A stretch of 64,000 nt of DNA from Epithemia pelagica (lineage: Eukaryota; Protista; Bacillariophyta): contig OX337232.1 in the NCBI GenBank assembly GCA_946965045.2, forward strand, positions 1,364,001 to 1,428,000, written 5' to 3'. How positions within the stretch are numbered: position 1 is the stretch's first letter; the number at the start of each line of letters is the position of its first letter. Position numbers and translations under genes: made by a program. This document shows, one piece after another, positions 12,125-23,770 of this stretch. The notes beneath the pieces were generated by a model. That model was not told the DNA's origin. It made no database searches and saw only the letters and a program-made list of their open reading frames with translations.

Positions 12125-12964
12125 ATGGCGGAAGGCAACGATGAGAACAATAATTACTACCTCACGTCTTGTTGCAATGAGCCTCAAGTGGCCTTTCTTT
12201 ACATGTATTTGATCTACTTCATTTCGGTGCTCCTCATCGGCGACTTGACTTTGGCCAAACCAATGCGACTCTTGGCCACTTCGGTCCATGAACTCTCCCA
12301 CGCCTTGGCCTGCTGGATGACGGGAGGTCGGGTGCACAAACTAGAAGTCTACGAGAATGAGGGCGGTGTGACGCATTACACCGGTGGATGGCGATGCGTT
12401 GTGACGCAAGCGGGGTACCTCGGTGAAGCGTCCTGGGGCATGATCCTGGTCGTGTTGAGTGGCGGTCGCAAAACAGCGACGGCAGCCGGTGGAGCCCTGG
12501 TGACCATTTTGGTGTGTGGGCTTTGTTATTCTCCCAATCGAGTATTGGTGATTCTCAATACCACCTATACCATTCTGATTCTCGGTGTCATTGCGACTGA
12601 ATGGTTCTGGTTCTCGCCCATTCTCCAATACGTTATTTTGTTGTTTGGTGTCTTTTTGGGAGTGTTTGCCATTTCTGATATTTTCAATCATTTAATTTTG
12701 CGCAATCGAGAGGGAAGTGATGCATATGCCCTCTACGAAGAATCAGGGCGTTGTTGTCCTCCCCGATGTATCGGGGTATGGTGGCTCTTGCTGGCCGTTG
12801 CCATGCAACTGATTGGCATGTATTTGGCACTCATTCTAATGAGTGATGAGTGCAATGATAAGGGATGGATCGAATGTATCTTTCACTCACGTCTCGACCT
12901 TCATTTTGAAGAGTTTGACTGGTGGCCCGATAACTGGGACTTTCAATGGGATGATGGACCATGA
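12125..12964 (+). CDS. Peptidase M50B-like multi-pass membrane metalloprotease
   Basis: HExxH motif TSVHELSHALAC, followed by GGVTHYTGG, AGYLG, several TM helices and GSDA. Divergent from the DUF1244-MogA gene across a 217-bp gap. Confidence 0.8.
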   Translation: MAEGNDENNNYYLTSCCNEPQVAFLYMYLIYFISVLLIGDLTLAKPMRLLATSVHELSHALACWMTGGRVHKLEVYENEGGVTHYTGGWRCVVTQAGYLGEASWGMILVVLSGGRKTATAAGGALVTILVCGLCYSPNRVLVILNTTYTILILGVIATEWFWFSPILQYVILLFGVFLGVFAISDIFNHLILRNREGSDAYALYEESGRCCPPRCIGVWWLLLAVAMQLIGMYLALILMSDECNDKGWIECIFHSRLDLHFEEFDWWPDNWDFQWDDGP

Positions 12965-13117
12965 TTCACGTTTTGCTATTCTTACCGAAGCTACACACAT
13001 GATTGTGGAACGGGAGACGACTCTTTGGAGAATGCATAGGGGCTCTGGCTGCCTCATCAGCTTCACAAACAACACACATCCCCAGCAGTGCAAACGAATG
13101 GGCACGCAGGTTCATCT

Positions 13118-13963
13118 TTATCGTTTCTTCAACTTCTTTGAGCGCGTACGGCTCGAAGGCCCACCTTTGTCTTGAATGCGTTTCTGGCCGGCAAATTGTT
13201 TCCCTTCAATCTCAGTTGAAGACGATGTATCCCCGGTCTTGTTGGGTGATAAGGGCCCTGAAATCACATTGGCTGGTCGTTTCTGATCATCCTCTTCCGA
13301 CCAAAATGAGGATGCTGCAGATCTTGCGGATTGAGCGCTGAAATGACTATTGCTTTTGCTTATCGATCTCTCCAACACAATGCCTTCAAGGTTCGCATAA
13401 ATTGGCTGGCATACCGGGTTTTCTTCCGCTGCAGGAGCAATGGCTTTGTGTTGATCAGCGGAAAGCGGAAATTCTGGCACAGAGGGAGAAACTTCATCAA
13501 CAGTCTGGTCAATTCCAAGCATCTTGTTGAATCCTGGAAACTTGGCAAAGAACTCTAGATGTGAGCGGAAGTCCTTTCTCTTCAAATCTTGTTCGTAGGT
13601 TTTGCAATCGTTTCGAAACCATTCCAAACATTCCTGTATTTTTCCGTGCTTTCTTAATGGAGCTCCGGCAGCTTTCAGGAGAAAAAGGATAACTATTTCA
13701 ATATATCTGTGCTCTTCGATAGCTTTGTTAACCCTACCCACGGTGACAACATCAGTTGATTTCAGGAAATCATAGGCGCGTCTCAATGTACGTTTATACA
13801 ATCGCCGCTGTTTTCTCCTTGCCGTGCGAAGAACTGAACTACGATTGGAACGCACTTCTTCTTCACGACAATCCACAACTTCTTCCCAAATGTTCCCATC
13901 ACAAAAGACCTTGCGTGTTTTGCTGAATGAGACTGTCATAATGAAAACAAACAACGGTCTCAT
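13118..13963 (-). CDS. Hypothetical protein, 281 aa
   Basis: Long ORF with plausible composition (basic N-half, S-rich tail) and no recognised motif. Confidence 0.4.
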   Translation of the reverse strand: MRPLFVFIMTVSFSKTRKVFCDGNIWEEVVDCREEEVRSNRSSVLRTARRKQRRLYKRTLRRAYDFLKSTDVVTVGRVNKAIEEHRYIEIVILFLLKAAGAPLRKHGKIQECLEWFRNDCKTYEQDLKRKDFRSHLEFFAKFPGFNKMLGIDQTVDEVSPSVPEFPLSADQHKAIAPAAEENPVCQPIYANLEGIVLERSISKSNSHFSAQSARSAASSFWSEEDDQKRPANVISGPLSPNKTGDTSSSTEIEGKQFAGQKRIQDKGGPSSRTRSKKLKKR

Positions 13964-14217
13964 GAACTTGTCTCGTTGCTAGAGCTGTCATAATGTAAGA
14001 GTCGGTGCTGCTCAGATTTTTCTGTAAAAAAGAGTGAGAGTGGGGCACCGTGTATACAAGGTTAAAAGCATTTTGCGCTAGCTTTCGAGTCATGTACCTC
14101 ACTTTCACTTCGATCATTTGCCAAGTGTCCCAGAATGATCAGTTGTGAAACAAAGTGCATTAGAGAAATATAGACAACAAACCAATATTGATTTATACAT
14201 GGTGCTTTCTTTCCAGC

Positions 14218-16479
14218 TTATATCTCTACTTCTTCCAAGTCGTCGTGCTCTTCCACCAGGCCATCGAAGGGAGTCGAATGAATAGATGACTCAGATGAAG
14301 AAGAAGCTGTTGAAGATCCCTGGTCACTTCCGTCTTTACTCTCCTCGTCATCATTGTCTGAAGCGTTTGCTAGGTAATCGTTCCAACTCTGTGTACTGAT
14401 CGAATCCGTCCGAAGAATACCTTCCGCTACTGGCCGACTAATGTCTCTTCTGGCCGATGAGGAAGCCTTTAGACAGACACTTGAGACTGTAGCACTATCG
14501 GCCTGAGTCTTGGTCCTTGCCATCATCTCAGTTTGTGGAACTGACCTCCTAGTCTGGATCAACTCGTCATTGAGACTGTCCACATCGTTGAGACTATCCA
14601 CATCATTAAGACTATCCTCTGCATCCTCCTTATCAATGTCCTTGCCCTCTTCATCATCTTCCTCTTCTTCTAGACTTTGAATCGTCGTCACGGAGTACAT
14701 GAGAGAATGGTCCACTTCCGCAAAATCATATTCGTCATACAGCATGGCACGATCCGGATCGGAGCTCCAGCTTTGAGCAAAACGATTGGACGATGACTGT
14801 CGTTTCGGAGAATCAATGGCTGTGGCGGCAGCAGTTGTCGTAGTAGTTGGTTTTGTGCCCGTGGCTGTCCGTGAATGGGACGACGAAACCAAGGATAGCT
14901 TTACGCCAATCGGTTCTTTGTCCTCTTCCTCATGAACGTACTGCTCGACATATACGGTTGTATCGGCCACGGCCGCACGAAAGGATGCCGGTTTGGAGTG
15001 AAAGTAGCAACCGGAAGGACCATCTGTGCGATCCACCTTGTTATCGTCATTCTCTTCCAGGCTTCCAATCGTAGGGATTTTTGACGAAGGCCACTGCGGA
15101 CAAGAACCGTGAAACGATGACGGTTCTGCGACGTTCACACCATCACCATCTCCGCCGCTTGTCTTCTTTGTCTGCTGTGGTGCCTCATTTGATGGACTCG
15201 CCGTCCAAACTTCGGAGAACCAAGGCTTGAGCAAGCAAAAGTAATAATGAAGGGGGGACACAACAACTCGTGTGAAGGACCCACAATCCTCTATACTGGC
15301 AAAGGAAGAGGAAGGTGACGATGCAGCCGAAGACAAATAGCTTTTGGTAGGAGATGAGAAGTAACTTCGATTGGTTGTCATTGTTGCGGACGCGGAGAGA
15401 ATGCTGGTTCTGTTCGTCGTTGTCGTTGTCATGGTAGGTGTACTAGCGTTCCACCATTGTGTCCCGGCCAAGGGAAGAGGCATGTTTGCGCGTTGGTCTT
15501 CGACTGGTACAAAGGTGGTTGCTGGTTGACATTGTAGGCTTGCATCATAGTGTGCTCCTCCTTCCGTTCGACCCAAAGGACGACAGACGGGACATACTTT
15601 CGAAGTACAATGTTGTACATCCACTCTGGAGGAAAGGTCGTTTCTTCCAAGCGGAGAACTTTTGTCTATATTCGTAGGTGAGGTGACGGTCACTCGTGGC
15701 TCGTACAACAAACTTTCTTCCTCCTCTTCCTCTTTCATGAGGCAAGGAACTCTGTCCAGCGTTCGTTCGAGATTCCGAGCTTCTAATTCTTCGAAATCAT
15801 CCTTGTTCCATGCACGCAATAAGGGTAAGGTATCCACTTCATTATCGTTTGTGTGGTCCAGGAGAGACGAGGAAAACACTGGAAACGGAATTTCCGTTGC
15901 GGACAAAGTCGCCCCATCGCCATAGGGACAAAACGAAACCTTCTCTTCGCCATTCTTCCAATCGGACTTTTGTGCGCTTCCTGAAAATGCGGAGACTTGT
16001 ACGCGTTCGGGATTGTTTGCAACATCCACCCTTGGTTTTCCATCCTGACCTGTCCAAGAATTGCCCACGGCATTTTCCATGGGATCTGTTGCCCATGTAA
16101 GGTCATGAGAGGTAAGCGATTGACCGGAGTAGAGAAAATTGGAAGAGGATGGACTGACATGTGTGTGTGGTGATTCCATGTGTTGCAGCCTGCTGCCAAT
16201 CATTGTGGATCCGTACATCGGATCATCAATTGCTTCCACTTCTTTGGGACTTGTAGGTTTGGTATGTGGCATGTCTTTGGCGTAGGCTCGGGTTTTGAGC
16301 AATGGCCGTCGCAACATTCCTCCCTTGATTCCTTTCCCAGTAGTAGAGGAGGATGTGGCCTGTCGCGTCGCCACCAACGAGGATGTGAACACGGGCGCTA
16401 CAGGATCATCGTCTTCTTCTCCATCATCCACCAAGGGAACGTGTCGTCGAGTTGAAGACCGCATGGCAGAGTATTGCAC
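14218..16479 (-). CDS. Hypothetical low-complexity S/T/D/E-rich disordered protein, 753 aa
   Basis: 2.26-kb uninterrupted ORF; no recognised domain. Confidence 0.55.
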   Translation of the reverse strand: MQYSAMRSSTRRHVPLVDDGEEDDDPVAPVFTSSLVATRQATSSSTTGKGIKGGMLRRPLLKTRAYAKDMPHTKPTSPKEVEAIDDPMYGSTMIGSRLQHMESPHTHVSPSSSNFLYSGQSLTSHDLTWATDPMENAVGNSWTGQDGKPRVDVANNPERVQVSAFSGSAQKSDWKNGEEKVSFCPYGDGATLSATEIPFPVFSSSLLDHTNDNEVDTLPLLRAWNKDDFEELEARNLERTLDRVPCLMKEEEEEESLLYEPRVTVTSPTNIDKSSPLGRNDLSSRVDVQHCTSKVCPVCRPLGRTEGGAHYDASLQCQPATTFVPVEDQRANMPLPLAGTQWWNASTPTMTTTTTNRTSILSASATMTTNRSYFSSPTKSYLSSAASSPSSSFASIEDCGSFTRVVVSPLHYYFCLLKPWFSEVWTASPSNEAPQQTKKTSGGDGDGVNVAEPSSFHGSCPQWPSSKIPTIGSLEENDDNKVDRTDGPSGCYFHSKPASFRAAVADTTVYVEQYVHEEEDKEPIGVKLSLVSSSHSRTATGTKPTTTTTAAATAIDSPKRQSSSNRFAQSWSSDPDRAMLYDEYDFAEVDHSLMYSVTTIQSLEEEEDDEEGKDIDKEDAEDSLNDVDSLNDVDSLNDELIQTRRSVPQTEMMARTKTQADSATVSSVCLKASSSARRDISRPVAEGILRTDSISTQSWNDYLANASDNDDEESKDGSDQGSSTASSSSESSIHSTPFDGLVEEHDDLEEVEI

Positions 16480-17427
16480 TTCGTTCCAGGGTGGGTCGAC
16501 GGTGCTTTTTGCCTTACCAATGAAACCAAAGCCGCCCCATCGGAGACGCTGCAGCAGTCTTGAAAGGATTGCAACCGTCTACACCGACAAGTCCCAGATA
16601 CGAAACAGTGTCGATACTCCAGAATCGGGAGTGGAGGTGCATTAAAGATGTCCCATCAGGAGTACCATTCTCTCCACAGTCTCCTGTGCAGAGAAGAATC
16701 CTGTACTCCCACCAGTTTTGCTTCCATTCCTTCGAGTGGAACCACATACATTGTGTGTTGGAGCAAACGAAGAGCGGATCAACGCATGCGGCGGAGTCGA
16801 ACGCCGCGAGACGCGGTCGAGGAAGTCGCCGTCACATTGAAAATGGAAGCATTTCGCCATTGGAGTGAATCGAAGCGCGAGAACCCTTGATTGGTGTCTT
16901 TGGGATCTGGAAGGAGTTCGATCCATGCCATCCGGTGATCCAAAAGGACAACAACAGGAAGTCTGTTTTCATCCATTAACAACCATTTCCGCAAATCATC
17001 ACATATACGGATGGACAGTACAAGTCCGTATTCATTACTCGTTTAGTTCATTCACTACCACAAACAAGAAGAGCCAAGGGTGTCGATACCATGATCATCG
17101 TGTCAAGGTGTTGCTCTTCAAATCTGAAAGAGTGATGCGGATGGTTGCCGATGTGCTCCCATACCCAATTCCCATGACATTTTCGTGAGCATTGGTGTTT
17201 TTCACTGCGCGCCGTCTGGCGCTCTTGTCCTTAAGTACACATGTACGCATATGTATGGGCTTATCAATCGATCCGTTGGTTTTGGTCTTGGTGCGCACCT
17301 GAAAATTGAGAGGTGCGCGTCGAGAAACTGCCCTCCACAAAATACACTTATGCGGTGCGTCGCGGTTCTCTCAACTCTCTCATCCTACAACGTTGGTCAT
17401 TCACATTGAGGCGAACAAGCAACAACA

Positions 17428-20400
17428 ATGAAAACGACGAATCGCAATTCGTTGTTCACGTTGGCACTCTCTTGGTGTCACATTCTATTATGGATACGTG
17501 GTCTTCCGAACGGAAATGCCAAGGAGGAGGATCATTCGGTCATTGCCTGGTTGAAAGACCAACCCGGTGGGTTCTTCCAAAGTTCCAAGATGGAATATCG
17601 CCATGGAGGCATTTATGCAACTGACTTCATTTCCAAGGGCGAGTTACTGGTCGTAGTTCCCACCAATGCCTTGTTTCATGGTGGCACAGTCGGCTTGGAG
17701 GATGGCACTGGCAGCAGCAACAACGAAAGCACTATTGACATGGATCGATATTACCAAAACAGTCCTCCCAATTGCAAAACAGCATGGCTTCTCGCACAAG
17801 AATATCAAAAAGTCAAGACAACCAAGACTCGCTCAAATACAGGGGACAATGCTGCGTCACACAACAAAAACAGCGACACGAGTCGTTCCAGTTTGTTTGG
17901 TCCCTACGTCCACTTTCTCATGCAAGAATTTGATCATGAATTCTTGCCATTGAATTGGTCTCCCCAAGCCATTGAGTTGATACAAAATGTTATAGTCGGA
18001 AAACGATTGGAACCTCAAGACTTTGGTCGTTTCCTGGAGGAAGAAGAGTATCAGAAAGAGGAGGATAAGAACCGTCCTCCTCCCGTGGGTTTGCTGTACC
18101 AACAACATTGTCCACAAGTATTGCATCGTCATAGAAGGAAACGAATGGAAGAACACAAGAAATCCATCAACAACGGCAACAAGGAAATGGTTGACGGAGA
18201 CGAGAACTATGAATTGTCCGAGGCATTTTTGAAAGATTTGGATGCGGCCTTTCGAATCGTCATTGCTCGAGGCTGGGGGGATGTTCTGGTGCCCGTTCAT
18301 GACATGTTCAATCATCGAAACAGTGGTGTGGGAACCAATCGGACCGGTTGCCACAACGATTGGCACAATGTCGATCGAGCACTCAGTCCAGAGTCTAGCG
18401 ATCGTGCCGAGGTGGACGAAGAACATCGCATAATTGCATTGCGAGACATTCGTCCCGGCGAACAGTTGCACAACTCGTACAGTCAATGCCACGATGTCAC
18501 ATGCCCCCTCTCCCTTCGAAATGTCTATTTGACACCTCAAATATTTCATGACTATGGTTTTGTGGAGCAATATCCCCAACGATGGAGCTTTGAGATTCCT
18601 GACGAGCCTTTTGTGGATGAAAGACCGCAAGTTGTTTTTGAATTGGATCAAATCAATGACAATCCGAATTCCTTGAAGTTATCCTGGTTAAGAGGTACAA
18701 CAAGGATTCCCACTGGACCGCGGCAACGTAATGTCTTATTCAGTCATTGGCAACGCTTAGAACAATTGTATCCTATTGTCAAGGATAGAACCGAAGAAAT
18801 GCTGGCAATGTTACCATCCTCTGCTTCCACCTCTCAACACGCTCAAACGCAACACGAAGTAAAGACAATTTGGGAGTATTACCGGGCCCTCACGACTGCA
18901 TTTCGGTACGCCGTATTGGCTGCAAATCATGCAGCGTCCATGGACAACAGCACCAACAAGAAGGACAAGTATTCGTACTACGTGGAGGACAACGAAGAAG
19001 AAACGAAACTGGAATCGCTCTTGACCTCCCTTCGCGCATCTTTGGACGACCACTGTCGTGCTTCAAGTCAAGGGATGGCCTCGGACGATTCATTGTCTGC
19101 AAGCTGTCAAGCGTCGTCCAAGTCGATGGATAATACGATCAACAGTCTTACTCAAGATGACGCCTCTCCGTCGACAGCAACTCCTCTTGTTCAAGGCAGC
19201 CGAGACACACAAGCCGTGGACAAAGAGGACACTAGCATGTCTGCATCACAATTGCGCACTGAAGAGTCGGCAGATGGTCTAGAACGACAATCTTCTTTGT
19301 TTGAACGGTCCTATGATCCTTTGGATGATCGTCAGGATACGTTGGACTATCAATTCCTCATGACTGACACGAATTGCAACTGGGAAGGGTATGATTGGGC
19401 ACCCACCAAGACGTCCGACTACTCCAGTAGTCGCATGTCTCGGATGCAGTTTGATCATCATTACAATCCAGAGCTACACAAATGGAATTCTTGCTTACAA
19501 ATCAATGAATGGTTACAATCGTGTACCTCCTTTCGTCCCCATTATCACGAGATTGTGGTCCACTATCCAGCCCTCTACGTGCAAGATCTTCGTCGCGTCT
19601 TGTTCCTTGGCGGTGGTGACATCATGATTCTTCACGAGATACTCAAATATCCAAATTTAGAATTAGTCTTGGGCATGGAATTGGATCCTCAAGTCCTTCG
19701 TTCCTCTTTCCGCAACACAGGTATTCAACCCAAGTTTGAGCATCCTGCCGTCCATTGGGCCTTTGGTGATGCCACCAAATCCTTGCTCATGATTCCCAAG
19801 TCCTGGTACGGAACATTTGATTTGGTCGTGGTTGATTTACAAAACTTTGTCTTTGATACAATCTTGGTCACACCAGAAATGACGATTATGGACTTTGTCG
19901 CACAAATGGTTTCACCGAATGGTGTCATTGCCCGCAATGATGACTTTGTCCGACGGAGAGGGAATATGAAGTACGCCAAGTACGTTGTCGAAGTCGAATT
20001 GCATGACGTCCCACGATTATGCAAACAGTCTTTGACCATGGCTAGTAACGGCATCGATTTTCTGCAAACGACTGTTCCCACCAAAAACTCCACCAAGACC
20101 GACGACTTTCTATTCTTTGATCCCGTTAATCGACACACCTCAAAGTCATGGACCAACTACCGGAATCACCATTCCGAAGTAGATTTACATGAACCGGTCA
20201 CACAGTCATCCGAACAGTCAAGCGTGAGGACAACCGAGCAATCTTCTCCGAACGGCATTTTGTTTACATTAGAAGTGGAAAATGCCACTGTTCCGTTGGG
20301 TATTTCCACCTTGGTACAAGCTAAAATTCGCCACGCACTGCTGAACCTCAGAATTTCATTGGAAATGACTGAGGATTCGTGGGGGCCGCTTGTTCGGGTG

Positions 20401-22740
20401 AACAGATTCCGAAAACAAAGTGGGGATTCTGCGCTTGTCATTGTCTTGCCAGAGGCCGGTTATGTTACGGCTCGTTTGTTTCCGAAACACAACTATTGCG
20501 CGTATGATATCCTGCTTTGGAATCATTTCGAAGACCAGTACAAAACATTGCATACACTGGTCGAAGCCGTTGGAGGACAATGGGCGAAGAATTCCATTTC
20601 AACATCCTTCTATAGTTCTGTTGCGATCGCTCCGTATGGCATCAAAGCCATTGAGGACAAACTGTCTACAACTGGTGAGAACCCAAACCCAGCAAGCCCT
20701 CCAACAGCAAATCTGCTGGAAGAAGATTGGCAGTCAAATGTACTGGTGGAAATGACCGAACGGCTAGGGCGTCCACGGTCTAGAGTTACGGATTTGTCCG
20801 TCTGGGTCGTCATGTGTGGCAAGACGACGGAACCCTGTCACAGTTTCGAAGCTTTGCGCATTGCGGCCGAAGAAAGTGGTAGACCTACGCACGTGGTTCC
20901 TTTATGGGCATGTACGGATTTGTCGCCGGCGGAGAAGCCGGAGTTCGAACGAAATAACTCCTCAAAGCGAGAAGAGCTTGATTTGGAAATTATGGCCACA
21001 TGTGAACTTCACACTCGCAAGTTTCTTACAGCCGCTACCACAATTGAAGTGAATACGAATAATGTGATCGTCGAAGAAAATCCGAGCGATCACAATACTC
21101 GCCATCCGAAGATCACCGCGGTTGTGATTGACGAGGAAACTCCCAGAGGAATGGGACAAGTACTTCATAAGATTCTTAACAACACTCGGACGCGCCATCA
21201 GCTTTGTGGCACAGAGTTTGTTATTATTGAACGGATAACCGACTCGTCCTCCACCGAGTCAACGGATAACGATTCGTCTACTTCGTCGTGGGCTTCTGTG
21301 TTATTGGAACGTGTACGAACCGAAATGATTCAATTCAATCCAGTGTTTCACACGGAAGCCCTTTTCACACCTGACGGCAGTGTGGACATGGAATCTCGAA
21401 TGACCCTGGGAATCTTGTCATCAGGAAACAAAGAGTTTTACGGTGACCTGTCAACTGCCCTTTCGCATATTCGACGCAACAGTTCGCTCACGACGGAGGT
21501 GTTGGATAGTAAAGCTGGTGTTGCTCGTTACTTGCCAGATTTTACCTTGTCAACGGAAGTGACTACCAGTGACTTCGATACGACAGATGCCAAGGTTCAA
21601 TGGAACAGCCAATTGCCGATTGGCCACCAATCTTTGTACCAGTTTGAAATCCAAATGCCACTACCCCCCTTGGCTGTCAATGACTACGTTCTCTGCAATG
21701 ACATTGAACATGTTTGGTATGGACTGTGGTACAATGGAAAAGTCACAGCTGTGAATACGGATGGAACCTATTCGGTTGTCTATGGAATGAATCGTAAGAG
21801 AGTCCTCCCCCGTCGAATGATCCGAAAGCTTCAACTTGACCCGACCACCGAGTACAAGTTTGCTGATCGCATCTTACTGCACAAACAAAATTTTGGTGTG
21901 CACGATGATGTCTGGTTCCAGGCATCTGTGACTGAAAAGATAAAAGATGGAGAATCACGGCAAGACGGGGACGACGTGAAGTACAAGGTTCAGATCTTGT
22001 CGGATGAACATGGGGAGCAAATTGCTTCCCCATCGGATATGATCTATCAAATGGAACAGCCCGACGCGAATGCTCATTCAGAGATAACACTGGATAAACT
22101 TGACACACTAATGCGGGAAACTATCATTCCCAGCGCCTTTGCGGCCCGAAACGATGCATACGGAGTCAATGCCAAGCTAAGACGACTTGAACACTTGATC
22201 GAGAACGGAAACATTTCCGACACACTCGATAAACTTGACAGTAACGACGACATGGATCACGGGACTGACGATGGTCACCTGCATCATCTATTGAAGAATT
22301 ATCATGTTACAAAGGTTGGGGATGGGTATATTCTGTCGTATTTGTGGTCCCCCGTGGAAAGTTTGATCGTTGTCTGGGATGGACGGACAAGATTGGATGT
22401 CAATCTCTTTTCAACTCATGGTAAACCAGAAGATGACTTTCGGAAAAGACTGGAGCGATCGTTTTTAGAGACCTTCGACTTTTTGACCACGACGATGCTG
22501 CATGAGCAACCTCGTGGGATTGGTCGTATTGTAAACACGGATCAAGAAAAGGAATCGTTCTGGTTTGGACAATTGGAGGAGTACCGTGACTTTGTATTAA
22601 AAGAAACGGAAAAGAACAACGGCATTGTACCCCATGTAGCCTCATTGAAGTTCCCCTTCGGTCGAAGCCTCGAGGTGGAAGGAGCACGGCAAAAGACGGT
22701 GAAACAACAACGTGCAAGCGCGTTTATGGAACGCTTGTAG
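17428..22740 (+). CDS. Secretory-pathway multidomain protein: signal peptide, SET methyltransferase, spermidine-synthase-like aminopropyltransferase, degenerate AdoMetDC-like domains and tandem Tudor. Putative long-chain polyamine synthesis/methylation fusion.
   Basis: Hydrophobic N-terminus. SET motifs GIYATDFISKGE, VPVHDMFNH, IRPGEQLHNSY, DYGF. Aminopropyltransferase motifs VLFLGGGDIMILHEILKYP..GMELDPQV..FDLVVVD. AdoMetDC-like ARLFPKHNYCAYDILLW and VVWDGRTRLDVNLF. Tudor-like WYNGKVTAVNTDGTYSVVY. Confidence 0.8.
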   Translation: MKTTNRNSLFTLALSWCHILLWIRGLPNGNAKEEDHSVIAWLKDQPGGFFQSSKMEYRHGGIYATDFISKGELLVVVPTNALFHGGTVGLEDGTGSSNNESTIDMDRYYQNSPPNCKTAWLLAQEYQKVKTTKTRSNTGDNAASHNKNSDTSRSSLFGPYVHFLMQEFDHEFLPLNWSPQAIELIQNVIVGKRLEPQDFGRFLEEEEYQKEEDKNRPPPVGLLYQQHCPQVLHRHRRKRMEEHKKSINNGNKEMVDGDENYELSEAFLKDLDAAFRIVIARGWGDVLVPVHDMFNHRNSGVGTNRTGCHNDWHNVDRALSPESSDRAEVDEEHRIIALRDIRPGEQLHNSYSQCHDVTCPLSLRNVYLTPQIFHDYGFVEQYPQRWSFEIPDEPFVDERPQVVFELDQINDNPNSLKLSWLRGTTRIPTGPRQRNVLFSHWQRLEQLYPIVKDRTEEMLAMLPSSASTSQHAQTQHEVKTIWEYYRALTTAFRYAVLAANHAASMDNSTNKKDKYSYYVEDNEEETKLESLLTSLRASLDDHCRASSQGMASDDSLSASCQASSKSMDNTINSLTQDDASPSTATPLVQGSRDTQAVDKEDTSMSASQLRTEESADGLERQSSLFERSYDPLDDRQDTLDYQFLMTDTNCNWEGYDWAPTKTSDYSSSRMSRMQFDHHYNPELHKWNSCLQINEWLQSCTSFRPHYHEIVVHYPALYVQDLRRVLFLGGGDIMILHEILKYPNLELVLGMELDPQVLRSSFRNTGIQPKFEHPAVHWAFGDATKSLLMIPKSWYGTFDLVVVDLQNFVFDTILVTPEMTIMDFVAQMVSPNGVIARNDDFVRRRGNMKYAKYVVEVELHDVPRLCKQSLTMASNGIDFLQTTVPTKNSTKTDDFLFFDPVNRHTSKSWTNYRNHHSEVDLHEPVTQSSEQSSVRTTEQSSPNGILFTLEVENATVPLGISTLVQAKIRHALLNLRISLEMTEDSWGPLVRVNRFRKQSGDSALVIVLPEAGYVTARLFPKHNYCAYDILLWNHFEDQYKTLHTLVEAVGGQWAKNSISTSFYSSVAIAPYGIKAIEDKLSTTGENPNPASPPTANLLEEDWQSNVLVEMTERLGRPRSRVTDLSVWVVMCGKTTEPCHSFEALRIAAEESGRPTHVVPLWACTDLSPAEKPEFERNNSSKREELDLEIMATCELHTRKFLTAATTIEVNTNNVIVEENPSDHNTRHPKITAVVIDEETPRGMGQVLHKILNNTRTRHQLCGTEFVIIERITDSSSTESTDNDSSTSSWASVLLERVRTEMIQFNPVFHTEALFTPDGSVDMESRMTLGILSSGNKEFYGDLSTALSHIRRNSSLTTEVLDSKAGVARYLPDFTLSTEVTTSDFDTTDAKVQWNSQLPIGHQSLYQFEIQMPLPPLAVNDYVLCNDIEHVWYGLWYNGKVTAVNTDGTYSVVYGMNRKRVLPRRMIRKLQLDPTTEYKFADRILLHKQNFGVHDDVWFQASVTEKIKDGESRQDGDDVKYKVQILSDEHGEQIASPSDMIYQMEQPDANAHSEITLDKLDTLMRETIIPSAFAARNDAYGVNAKLRRLEHLIENGNISDTLDKLDSNDDMDHGTDDGHLHHLLKNYHVTKVGDGYILSYLWSPVESLIVVWDGRTRLDVNLFSTHGKPEDDFRKRLERSFLETFDFLTTTMLHEQPRGIGRIVNTDQEKESFWFGQLEEYRDFVLKETEKNNGIVPHVASLKFPFGRSLEVEGARQKTVKQQRASAFMERL

Positions 22741-23178
22741 AGTCTCGGGAGATTGTGAACATGTACCTCAAATGACAATGTCGTTTGAGCACTCGTTTTT
22801 GAATTGCAGTATCGTCTATGGTCTTGGCCACAATACGGAGTCTCACCAGCGTTTGAGGAGAGGATGGTCAAGGTATTCTTACTGCACAACGCATGGCGCT
22901 TACTATACAAAACAACCTTGTCTAAAGACACGCACTAAAGCTCTTGACTTCTACTAGCTTATCCCCGCTTAGCAAAACTGTGGAACCATTTCGGTCGTGG
23001 TCTCTGTAACATGGCATGTCCGAGCTAACGTATGAGGTTGCTACATGACAAGTACATAACACTTCATAATACTCGACCATCAAGGTCACCCTCAAAGTAA
23101 CCTCCATCTCCCAAACACCAAACATAATGCTCGCCCCGACACAGCGCTAATCAACGACAAGTCTGGTCTTGTTTCAGG

Positions 23179-23670
23179 CTAGAAACTGGAATGTGCTGTG
23201 GACGTAGGCGATGTGCTTGTCTTGTTGTGATGCTTATTACCCTTCATGGAACAGGTATCTGTCAAGCCCGAAATGACGAGAAACTTTCCTGTACCCTCGT
23301 CTCGTTGAGCCTGAAACGTTTTCGTCACCGCTTCTTCGGGGATTCCACCGTAAACGTGAGGGCATTGGAGGTTGGCATCCATTTCGCTGGGAATCATTTT
23401 GCATTCAATCCCATTCATTCTCAAACACAGGGTATCAATTTCCAAGCAGATCCATGGAACATTGGACGGACTGGACTCTTGATAAAAACAATTGGCTGTT
23501 TCCAACAAACGTCCAATCTCATGAGTACATCGTACCACTTGTTCCTTCTCGAAATTGGCCGCATAGTAGGTCATTCGGTTGGGCCTTTTCTCCCAATCCT
23601 TTGCTGGACACAAGTGATAAATTTTGGTCGGCATGTCGGTATCGCCGAGGAATTCCTGATACCAGCCCAT
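23179..23670 (-). CDS. DUF952-like protein
   Basis: KIYHLCPAKDWE..ETANCFY..WICLEID..CPHVYGGIPEEAV resembles the DUF952 pattern (IY..W, L.ID, PH.YG..AV). Confidence 0.65.
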   Translation of the reverse strand: MGWYQEFLGDTDMPTKIYHLCPAKDWEKRPNRMTYYAANFEKEQVVRCTHEIGRLLETANCFYQESSPSNVPWICLEIDTLCLRMNGIECKMIPSEMDANLQCPHVYGGIPEEAVTKTFQAQRDEGTGKFLVISGLTDTCSMKGNKHHNKTSTSPTSTAHSSF

Positions 23671-23770
23671 TCTTTCGTACGTCTAGCTCTTGTTGATGAA
23701 TAAACGCGATGATCAGAGGCTGGAGTCGTCAAGCTTCTGTGATGATGAGAATGATGTATGAGAGTGAGAG

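Noticed and set aside
16480-17427. Several short overlapping ORFs between two large genes
   Set aside because: No motifs or consistent frame; probably a divergent promoter and UTR region.
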